A stretch of DNA of 64,000 bases from the IMG/VR virus record IMGVR_UViG_3300020473_000016; one strand, given 5' to 3'. Position numbers and translations under genes: made by a program. Below the pieces are notes generated by a model, which did not search any database, was not told the DNA's origin, and saw nothing but the letters and a program-made list of their open reading frames with translations. Positions 31,049-37,641 of this stretch are shown here, piece after piece. This DNA is from a virus. Each line of letters begins with the position of its first letter. Position 1 is the first letter of the stretch.

Positions 31049-31105
31049 ATTATAGACGAGATTGGCAACAGTGGGGAGAAAAGTGGACAGTTTGTGAACT
31101 GGTCT
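31049..31105 (-). promoter_or_regulatory. Palindrome promoter P9
   Basis: tggacagtt-tgtg-aactggtct (31084-31105); 29-bp gap; TATAAT. Confidence 0.75.
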
Positions 31106-31140
31106 ACCTCTCTCTTATCCACTGCTGCTCAACCATATCT

Positions 31141-31198
31141 ATTATATACGATCACCTTACCTTTTCTACCTGCCTTGTGCCACTTTAATAACTGTCCT
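31141..31198 (-). promoter_or_regulatory. Palindrome promoter P10
   Basis: gtgccactt-taat-aactgtcct (31177-31198); 30-bp gap; TATAAT. Confidence 0.75.
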
Positions 31199-31340
31199 CC
31201 TCCCAACTCTTATATTCCTTAAAACGTGTTACCTTTTTTTTACCTGATCTCTTGACGTTCTTAATATTATATCCATAATCCTCTATATCTTCATCTATTT
31301 GATTGTACTTACTATGATCTAACTTAGTAGGTTTAGTCAT
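31185..31340 (-). CDS. Hypothetical protein (51 aa)
   Basis: MTKPTKLDHSKYNQIDEDIEDYGY...; stop inside the palindrome. Confidence 0.6.
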   Translation of the reverse strand: MTKPTKLDHSKYNQIDEDIEDYGYNIKNVKRSGKKKVTRFKEYKSWEEDSY

Positions 31341-31362
31341 TGGTATGAAATGAACAGTTGTA

Positions 31363-31602
31363 TTATTTATTTTCAGTGAGAGCACCAGATTTGATGCTTT
31401 TATGTAATAATTTCCCTACACTTTCCTTGTTTGATATACAATTAAGGAATGATTGTGTAAATTCTAATACATTTTCACAATTAAATTCGTATTCTTTGTT
31501 TATATTACTGTTATATGTGATTATAACAGTATTTTCAGTGAATTTAACTGTTTTTACGGCGGATGAGTTTAAATCATCGAATATGCCAGTGATTTTGACC
31601 AT
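31363..31602 (-). CDS. KTSC-like domain protein
   Basis: SSAVKTVKF...VIITYNSN..KEYEF...ESVGKLLHKSIK resembles the KTSC pattern. Confidence 0.5.
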   Translation of the reverse strand: MVKITGIFDDLNSSAVKTVKFTENTVIITYNSNINKEYEFNCENVLEFTQSFLNCISNKESVGKLLHKSIKSGALTENK

Positions 31603-31722
31603 TTTAAAGAAAATAGAAAAGATTTAAAACTTAAAAAACTCAAAAAGTCAAAAATACAAACTTTTTAAAATGTTGAAAAACTTAAAAAGTGAGATTTCCG
31701 AGTTTTTTGGATTTATGACTTT

Positions 31723-31780
31723 ATTATACTCCTCCTCAGAGGGATTTGGTGGGTTTCTGTGCCACTTTGAGAACTGTCAC
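31723..31780 (-). promoter_or_regulatory. Palindrome promoter P11
   Basis: gtgccactt-tgag-aactgtcac (31759-31780); 30-bp gap; TATAAT. Confidence 0.75.
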
Positions 31781-31873
31781 ACTACTCCTTGACTTTCGGT
31801 AGGTGGCACGCTAAGACAACAAGAAGAGAGCACGTTACCTATATTTTTTTAACCATTTCTAAATGATTCAGAG

Positions 31874-31896
31874 TTATCCACAACCACTGTGGAAAA
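31874..31896. promoter_or_regulatory. Inverted pair of DnaA boxes
   Basis: TTATCCACA-accac-TGTGGAAAA: one perfect R-box and one TTTTCCACA box. Confidence 0.55.
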
Positions 31897-31960
31897 CCCT
31901 AGTCATACCAATGTGCGGATGGTTACTATAGGATAGTATCCTGAGAACATTTCTCAATAG

Positions 31961-32254
31961 TTATCCTGCCTTCTCTCTCAACCACTTTGGTACATATATT
32001 AAACACAATGCACCTACCCAAAACACTCCAAGTGACCACAACTCAACAACCCTATGACCTACACTTATCCACAACCCTATTCCTATTAATACTATCCATA
32101 ACCAATCTAATGTACTATGGATTTGTTGCCATCTACTACCAAAGTCTTTAATCAGTTCTTGTCTTATTTGTGCGAATAGAGGTGATACATGTCTCATCAT
32201 AACAAATCCTTCATTTAGAACCATTATCACGTATCCTATTATGAATATTATCAT
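31961..32254 (-). CDS. Membrane protein
   Basis: Three hydrophobic, Trp-rich segments. Confidence 0.65.
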   Translation of the reverse strand: MIIFIIGYVIMVLNEGFVMMRHVSPLFAQIRQELIKDFGSRWQQIHSTLDWLWIVLIGIGLWISVGHRVVELWSLGVFWVGALCLIYVPKWLREKAG

Positions 32255-32340
32255 TGTGTAGTTTATCTCTCTTTCTTAAGGGTGTTTTGTAACCATATTT
32301 CAGGTCATGTTTTAATCGTTGCAAGTATTTAAGATGATCT

Positions 32341-32532
32341 TTAATCTCTTTGCTTGATATCATATTCAATAACGATCTTCTTACTTATTCGTCCAGTTGA
32401 ATTGCTTGTTTCTAGTCTAGTCATGTTACCATTTAATAATGCTGTTAATGTTAATAGTTCGGATATGATCTCACCTTCATCAGTGTTCATATCACAATGC
32501 TTTAGGTCAGTTAAATTTGAGTAATTATGCAT
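32341..32532 (-). CDS. Hypothetical protein
   Basis: ORF track; true start may be MNTDEGEII. Confidence 0.6.
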   Translation of the reverse strand: MHNYSNLTDLKHCDMNTDEGEIISELLTLTALLNGNMTRLETSNSTGRISKKIVIEYDIKQRD

Positions 32533-32565
32533 AGTTAATATATGTGTTAAAATGGGGTTAATTCA

Positions 32566-32573
32566 TATAAATA
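32566..32573 (+). promoter_or_regulatory. Perfect late promoter TATAAATA (plus strand)
   Basis: Exact match upstream of the plus-strand micro-ORF. Confidence 0.7.
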
Positions 32574-32643
32574 ATTATGTATTCAATCGAGGGCAATGTA
32601 ACCAAATCTACTACATTATGAGTTCAATTCAAAGAGAGGTCTT

Positions 32644-32811
32644 ATGCATAACATCGTATCGCAAAATCAACTAAGAGGATGGAATCATTCATTACATGCA
32701 TCAAATACAAGAGATGACAATACCACGAGACTTAATGATTACTATGATTGTATGATAGCGAGCGAGCAAGACCATACGAGTAAACAAATCTGTAAGGACA
32801 TACTTCAATGA
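32644..32811 (+). CDS. Small Cys-containing protein (55 aa)
   Basis: MHNIVSQNQLRGWNHSLHASNTRDDNTTRLNDYYDCMIASEQDHTSKQICKDILQ; GAGG SD; own promoter and terminator. Confidence 0.7.
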   Translation: MHNIVSQNQLRGWNHSLHASNTRDDNTTRLNDYYDCMIASEQDHTSKQICKDILQ

Positions 32812-32832
32812 ATCCAAATTAAATACTGTCAT

Positions 32833-32858
32833 AAGCACCTCGTAAGGGGTGCTTTTTT
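32833..32858 (+). terminator. Rho-independent terminator
   Basis: AAGCACCTC-GTAA-GGGGTGCTT followed by a T run. Confidence 0.8.
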
Positions 32859-32864
32859 ATTGTA

Positions 32865-32954
32865 TCATACATGTGGATCATACTTTCTGATTATGTACAA
32901 TGCAAGAGCAACACCGATTGATGTTGAACCAAGTATAATAATAACTAAAGGCAT
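32865..32954 (-). CDS. Single-TM micro-protein (29 aa)
   Basis: MPLVIIILGSTSIGVALALYIIRKYDPHV; start overlaps the upstream gene end. Confidence 0.5.
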   Translation of the reverse strand: MPLVIIILGSTSIGVALALYIIRKYDPHV

Positions 32955-33259
32955 TTGTCACTCCTAATTTTTAATGAATAATGTTGGGGTTTAAGGTTAT
33001 ATTTTATTATGTGCTCACATGCATCATAATAATATCTGAACCATGCTACTGGCAATGGATCTTTCTTTCTTTTATCATCGAAACGTATCTTAAATGTGCT
33101 CCCATGTGGAAACAGTTCTAATTTACGTGATGCTGGACACTTAGGTGCATCAGGATGAGTACTAATCACATCAGGATTATAGGGATCATTTTCCCATTTC
33201 TTTCTGCGTGTAGTTAGTTTCTTTAGATTAGCATCCAAACTCTTTTGAGTGCGTGCCAT
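32945..33259 (-). CDS. Basic hypothetical protein
   Basis: ORF track; TAATG coupling. Confidence 0.65.
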   Translation of the reverse strand: MARTQKSLDANLKKLTTRRKKWENDPYNPDVISTHPDAPKCPASRKLELFPHGSTFKIRFDDKRKKDPLPVAWFRYYYDACEHIIKYNLKPQHYSLKIRSDKCL

Positions 33260-33381
33260 TAAGTTTTCTGCTCCATGCGTAGAATGTTGATCTCTTCAAG
33301 TAGTCTCTCTGCTTCCTTGTCTTGACCTTTGTTCTTTGCGTTAATGTAGTCTAGTATTAAGTTTTTAAGATCTTCCCTCAT
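33259..33381 (-). CDS. Hypothetical protein (40 aa)
   Basis: MREDLKNLILDYINAK...; ATG 1 nt after the upstream TAA. Confidence 0.6.
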   Translation of the reverse strand: MREDLKNLILDYINAKNKGQDKEAERLLEEINILRMEQKT

Positions 33382-33382
33382 T

Positions 33383-33622
33383 TTATCGTTCAAGGGAATG
33401 GAATAATTCTTTGAGTTCATCCTCATTATAGAAGAATGTCTGCTCCTTATGTAGCATAGTTTCTTCCATCCATTCGTGGTATTCTTGACATAAACAGAGT
33501 GCATCGTCATGTCTTTCCTCCGCAAACAGCGTCAATAGACGACTTACGACACCCTCACATATCTCATCCCTGCGGTGAGATATGCGGAAACTTTCGTTGT
33601 CATCTAGGTCAAATGAGTTCAT
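33383..33622 (-). CDS. Hypothetical protein
   Basis: Coupled to both neighbours. Confidence 0.65.
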   Translation of the reverse strand: MNSFDLDDNESFRISHRRDEICEGVVSRLLTLFAEERHDDALCLCQEYHEWMEETMLHKEQTFFYNEDELKELFHSLER

Positions 33623-33870
33623 TTTGCTCTCAACTGGAATACATTATTTAGATGATCGTAGGATACGAACTCTACATCTTTAGGTAACGCTTTCACTGCG
33701 GATGCTGCAAAATCGTTGGGATACCTAGAGAATAGTCTCCAGTACTTCTTAACACCTTCATCATCCAATCCTGCTTTTGGTACTGGACGGACTACTGCAT
33801 CACCATCTGCGTAGTCAAAGCGGAAATCTATGAACTCCGAGATGTATTCGTGGAATAGATTTTTAGACAT
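33619..33870 (-). CDS. Hypothetical protein
   Basis: ORF track; promoter directly upstream. Confidence 0.65.
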   Translation of the reverse strand: MSKNLFHEYISEFIDFRFDYADGDAVVRPVPKAGLDDEGVKKYWRLFSRYPNDFAASAVKALPKDVEFVSYDHLNNVFQLRAK

Positions 33871-33893
33871 GAATAAAAGAGGTTACATTTAAT

Positions 33894-33922
33894 AGTTTAG
33901 CGTATTTAGATATGATTGTCAA
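33894..33922 (-). promoter_or_regulatory. Canonical sigma70-type promoter with a nested late box
   Basis: TTGACA-N17-TAAACT; CTAAATA (33903-33909) lies in the spacer. Confidence 0.7.
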
Positions 33923-34368
33923 CCATGTGGATACATGTATAAGTATCCACCTGCCCAGTCTGCACGACCAAGACACTCAGATCTTGATCTCTCATCTAAT
34001 AAATTATATCTTACATGCTGTGCTGGTTTTGCCCAACCTGCTGGTTTATATACGTCACCAGTCTTCTTATCTACAAATGCATTAACACTTCCATCACGAT
34101 ACTCATTTCTATCTCTGAATGTATCATACTCTTGTGATACAATCTTATAATACTTTCTACCATTATAGACCTTAAACTTCATAAGGTTAGCAGTGCCATT
34201 ATTGGTTGCTTCAATTTCATTTCTTGTGTACTCTGAAGCACTCTCAAGGTGCATACGCTCCATTGATCTTAGATGAGACTGTTTATAGTCTTCCTCTAAT
34301 GCTCTGCATAGTTCTTGTGTATATTGCTCTACCGCTTCTTGTGTCCTTGTTTTAACTGCGGATGGCAT
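33919..34368 (-). CDS. Conserved phage hypothetical protein
   Basis: GRKYYKIV...SVNAFVDKKTGDVYKPAGWAKPAQHVRYNL motif; AAGGAG SD. Confidence 0.75.
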   Translation of the reverse strand: MPSAVKTRTQEAVEQYTQELCRALEEDYKQSHLRSMERMHLESASEYTRNEIEATNNGTANLMKFKVYNGRKYYKIVSQEYDTFRDRNEYRDGSVNAFVDKKTGDVYKPAGWAKPAQHVRYNLLDERSRSECLGRADWAGGYLYMYPHG

Positions 34369-34384
34369 GTTTGAACTCCTTATG

Positions 34385-34792
34385 GTATAGTGAAAAAAGT
34401 GTGGACTTATAACAATAAGAGCGAATCATTGATGTACGCCACACTATGTAAAATGTTGAGAGAGTGGGGCATCAACATAGGTTTCACCTATATGCCCAAA
34501 TTTACCCTACGGGAATCGCTTACACCTGAACCCCCACCACTTGCACATCTTAGTAGGTCTAACAAGACGTAATTTCTCTGCTGAACAGAGACAACCATAG
34601 ATCTTTGCCCACACTATGCTCAACCATCTGTCTGTGCAGTAATAGGTGTCTACCAACGTCATGTGACTGCTTCTGCCTGAAACCATAATCTCATAATTAA
34701 AAACCTAGTAAACTAGGGGGATTGAGTAACAGGTCGGTCAGTCTAGTTGGTAGGTTTGGGGCGTAGGAACCACATATCCCTCAACATTTATA
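34385..34792 (-). ncRNA. Candidate structured non-coding RNA or long regulatory leader
   Basis: ~410 nt without a convincing ORF, starts at TATAAATG, carries several hairpins (see findings). Confidence 0.45.
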
Positions 34793-35207
34793 TAATACCA
34801 TTTTTTTGATCCTCTGCATCATCCTTTGTGACACTTTGTAATCTGTCCTTACGAATAGGCACTTCTAACTCCCATGCACTATTCTTAATGGTAATCATCG
34901 TGAAATCACGTTTAAATCGCTTCTGTGCTTCCTCAAATGACTTTGCTGGTTCATTACCTGCAATCTCACCATAATGCGGATCCCAGATCTCAGGATGTTC
35001 GTGACAGTCAAAGAATTCTAATATAGAACTATCTACCATGTGATATAATGTATCCCATGTTAATGTAGTTCTTAATCTTTCAGCGATATAATCTATTTGA
35101 TTAGGTGTTATAGATGAGTCTTTCTCATCTTTAAATAGAAATTCACATCTTGTTTCAACCAATTCATTTAGATCAATGGTGATCTGTACATTATTATATA
35201 CTGCCAT
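34788..35207 (-). CDS. Hypothetical protein, paralog of 35210-35473
   Basis: MAVYNNVQITIDLNELVETR. Confidence 0.7.
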   Translation of the reverse strand: MAVYNNVQITIDLNELVETRCEFLFKDEKDSSITPNQIDYIAERLRTTLTWDTLYHMVDSSILEFFDCHEHPEIWDPHYGEIAGNEPAKSFEEAQKRFKRDFTMITIKNSAWELEVPIRKDRLQSVTKDDAEDQKNGII

Positions 35208-35209
35208 GT

Positions 35210-35473
35210 TTAATCCTCAAGGTCAGGTAAATGTGGTTCAACCCAGTGTTCAGTATTATCAATACCTGCTGCTTTTACATAGTTCATAATATGTTCATCA
35301 ACTTGATGGAATATTGGATGTAAATCTAATTCCATATTAATATCATGTGCTATCTCAGCAACTTGTGCTTCAGTGAAGCAATGATCCTTATGTAATAGGT
35401 TACAAGTGGGTATTCTCTTTTCAATCAATTCATTTAGATTGATTCTAATTTCATAGTCTCTATATACTGGCAT
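35210..35473 (-). CDS. Hypothetical protein, paralog of 34788-35207
   Basis: Start moved to MPVYRDYEIRINLNELIEKR (GAGG SD). Confidence 0.7.
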   Translation of the reverse strand: MPVYRDYEIRINLNELIEKRIPTCNLLHKDHCFTEAQVAEIAHDINMELDLHPIFHQVDEHIMNYVKAAGIDNTEHWVEPHLPDLED

Positions 35474-35636
35474 GATCCCTCTTATTGTGGTAAATGATCT
35501 TCTTACCATCAAACTCACTCTGAGTTGCATTTGGATTTGCATACCGAGTATATGTACCATCCTCAATGTCCTCACCTTTGTGAGTACCAACATTGATGGT
35601 CGTAATAGCACGATAAATCCAATCTAAAATGTTCAT
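35460..35636 (-). CDS. Hypothetical protein
   Basis: GGAGG SD before MNILDWIY. Confidence 0.55.
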   Translation of the reverse strand: MNILDWIYRAITTINVGTHKGEDIEDGTYTRYANPNATQSEFDGKKIIYHNKRDHASI

Positions 35637-35664
35637 GCTAACCTCCATGCACTATAAGTATCTA

Positions 35665-35847
35665 TCATACCAACCACCAGTCATACTTGTCAATACTTGT
35701 GTTACATGACTGACATGTTAGTGCTGACCATGCGAAATGGTACACATTAAAACATTCATTACATTTGGGGCATTGTATTCCTTTACCATGATTCCCAGAT
35801 CTAGTGAATCTATTAACTTTAATTTGATGACTATGCATGTTAAGCAC
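35665..35847 (-). CDS. Zinc-ribbon protein
   Basis: CPKC...CQSC; start uncertain. Confidence 0.6.
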   Translation of the reverse strand: MLNMHSHQIKVNRFTRSGNHGKGIQCPKCNECFNVYHFAWSALTCQSCNTSIDKYDWWLV

Positions 35848-36067
35848 CTTGTAATGATATGGAATTGTGATAGTTTTGCTTAGTATTTAAGCATGTCTTG
35901 TGAATGTTAAAGAGTAAGTCAAAGTTTACTCCTTCCCAGTCACACCACTCTGACACATAATCAGCGTTATCAAAATCGCCTGTGCCATCAGTATATTGTG
36001 GGCATGATCTAAATTCAAGATCATCATCAACCCAGAAGAGTCTGCCAAAGAATTCAGATGAATACAT
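35840..36067 (-). CDS. Hypothetical protein
   Basis: GAGG SD before MYSSEFFGRLFWVDD. Confidence 0.6.
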   Translation of the reverse strand: MYSSEFFGRLFWVDDDLEFRSCPQYTDGTGDFDNADYVSEWCDWEGVNFDLLFNIHKTCLNTKQNYHNSISLQGA

Positions 36068-36069
36068 GA

Positions 36070-36291
36070 TTAATTTACCTCCTCTTCTTGTATAATATCC
36101 CATACTTGAATATACTTTTCTAACCAATTCTTAGCATATTCTGTTAAACTATCTCTTAAATCACCATATAAAATGTCATCTGCTGACATAAATGGTAGTT
36201 CTTGTTGTTCACAGAAGTCACCTAATACATCAGATAAAAAATCTAATTTATCATGTGATAATCGTGTGTTGTAGTGTTTAACTTTAGACAT
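36070..36291 (-). CDS. Acidic hypothetical protein
   Basis: ORF track; coupled. Confidence 0.6.
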   Translation of the reverse strand: MSKVKHYNTRLSHDKLDFLSDVLGDFCEQQELPFMSADDILYGDLRDSLTEYAKNWLEKYIQVWDIIQEEEVN

Positions 36292-36524
36292 TACTCAACC
36301 TCCTCAAAATAGATACCATGAATAGTATTGAACTCATCAATACTTAAATACTCATCATTATGATAATTTGCTATGTTCTCTCCAGTAAATATAAACTCTT
36401 CACAAAAATATTGTACACTTACACCCATATTATCAGCACAACCGATTAATTCATCAGTTTGTTCGTGATTACATCCTAAGTATTGGATGCAATATGCAAT
36501 GTCATTTGTGAAGTCCTTAAACAT
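36291..36524 (-). CDS. Acidic hypothetical protein
   Basis: AAGGAGG SD before MFKDFTNDIAY. Confidence 0.65.
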   Translation of the reverse strand: MFKDFTNDIAYCIQYLGCNHEQTDELIGCADNMGVSVQYFCEEFIFTGENIANYHNDEYLSIDEFNTIHGIYFEEVE

Positions 36525-36621
36525 TGGTTTCCTCCTTAAGTTCTTTAATCTTTTGGACTCTCTCACTATGAGTTAGTTTAGTATTCCAAAGAATGACCTT
36601 GAGTTTATCATAATAAGTCAT
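36517..36621 (-). CDS. Micro-protein (34 aa)
   Basis: MTYYDKLKVILWNTKLTHSERVQKIKELKEETNV; ATGA coupling. Confidence 0.5.
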   Translation of the reverse strand: MTYYDKLKVILWNTKLTHSERVQKIKELKEETNV

Positions 36622-36755
36622 TTGTTTTCCTCCTCATAAGATGGTTGAGCAATGGTAACAACTATGTTGTCAGTATTATCAATGTATTGTAGTATTTCAG
36701 TGGGACATTGATTTAACCACTCGTGAAACTGTTCGTATTGAGATGGACTAATCAT
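36618..36755 (-). CDS. Micro-protein (45 aa)
   Basis: MISPSQYEQFHEWLNQCPTEILQY...; TGATG coupling. Confidence 0.55.
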   Translation of the reverse strand: MISPSQYEQFHEWLNQCPTEILQYIDNTDNIVVTIAQPSYEEENK

Positions 36756-36958
36756 CAATATTCCTCCTGTGCCTGAAATGTTACATAATTATCTTGCTGT
36801 ACATGATAACCTACAACCTCAGCATTTCTATGATCTTCTTCATCATAGTAATGTAAATTACTGTTCAAATATGCCTGTATTTCTTCACATAAATGAACTG
36901 GATTTGGTTCGTCACCATCTTCAGCAACGATACGGAATGAATAAGTAACAAGTTTCAT
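36755..36958 (-). CDS. Acidic hypothetical protein
   Basis: ORF track; TAATG coupling. Confidence 0.6.
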   Translation of the reverse strand: MKLVTYSFRIVAEDGDEPNPVHLCEEIQAYLNSNLHYYDEEDHRNAEVVGYHVQQDNYVTFQAQEEY

Positions 36959-37134
36959 TAGTTGTTCTCCAAGATGTGTAGGAATTCGTTGTATTCTTGA
37001 TCTGAATATGGTCTTCTATCTTCCTTTACAAAATCTTGCCAATCTGTTCCTTCTAACTTGTATGATAGTGTGCCATCATTATTATGATAGTATTCAATGA
37101 CTGCACCATCTACATTTGATATAAAACTATTCAT
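36958..37134 (-). CDS. Hypothetical protein (58 aa)
   Basis: MNSFISNVDGAVIEYYHNNDGTLSYKL...; coupled on both sides. Confidence 0.6.
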   Translation of the reverse strand: MNSFISNVDGAVIEYYHNNDGTLSYKLEGTDWQDFVKEDRRPYSDQEYNEFLHILENN

Positions 37135-37307
37135 TCTACTTCCTCCACTTCATAGACCTCATAGTCATCATCATCAAGTAATTCCCAATCGGTACTGTCA
37201 TTTAATGCGAGGAATTCTGCTTCCCCTTCATCTGCTGCTTCAACATAGGCAATATAGTTTGTTACTCTTGATGCAACCACTCTGTATTCTTTGAGTTTGG
37301 TAGTCAT
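37131..37307 (-). CDS. Highly acidic protein (58 aa)
   Basis: MTTKLKEYRVVASRVTNYIAYVEAADEGEAEFLA...DDDDYEVYEVEEVE; AGGAG SD; first gene after P12. Confidence 0.7.
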   Translation of the reverse strand: MTTKLKEYRVVASRVTNYIAYVEAADEGEAEFLALNDSTDWELLDDDDYEVYEVEEVE

Positions 37308-37338
37308 TGGAATTGCTCCTTTTGTTGAGTACTTTGTT

Positions 37339-37395
37339 ATTATAGGTCAAATTGGAATGAGATGGGAAATTAGTGGACACTAATTAAAGTGTCCA
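37339..37395 (-). promoter_or_regulatory. Palindrome promoter P12
   Basis: tggacacta-atta-aagtgtcca (37374-37395); 29-bp gap; TATAAT. Confidence 0.75.
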
Positions 37396-37407
37396 CTATT
37401 ATTGACA

Positions 37408-37620
37408 TTAACCGTTGCTTCCTGAGAAGATGTAGTTATTTGAACCATCGGTATCAGTACCAATATACACATCAGTGTACTTAAAGAATCCCTCTAATAA
37501 TGATAACAGTTCGTTACCATTGTTACATTCGTTCTCTAATGCATCTAATACAAGTAAACGTGCATCTGATTCAACATCAGAGCGAGAGTGAAAAGTTGTT
37601 GATCCGAGTTGGAATGTCAT
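37408..37620 (-). CDS. Hypothetical protein
   Basis: ORF track; downstream of P13. Confidence 0.6.
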   Translation of the reverse strand: MTFQLGSTTFHSRSDVESDARLLVLDALENECNNGNELLSLLEGFFKYTDVYIGTDTDGSNNYIFSGSNG

Positions 37621-37641
37621 AGTAATTTGACTGAACTATAC

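Noticed and set aside
33259-33525. 88-aa version of this ORF, and the long versions at 35611, 30926, 27566 and 51695
   Set aside because: They overlap neighbours or promoters; downstream ATGs have SDs or stop-start coupling.
34390-34572. Plus-strand 60-aa ORF
   Set aside because: GTG start, no promoter or SD, antisense to the structured leader; not protein-like.
34385-34700. Group I intron
   Set aside because: No convincing R/S (P7) consensus and no interrupted host gene.
37402-37431. Plus-strand TTGACA next to P12 as a divergent promoter
   Set aside because: No TAxxxT at 16-18 bp; it lies antisense within a CDS end.
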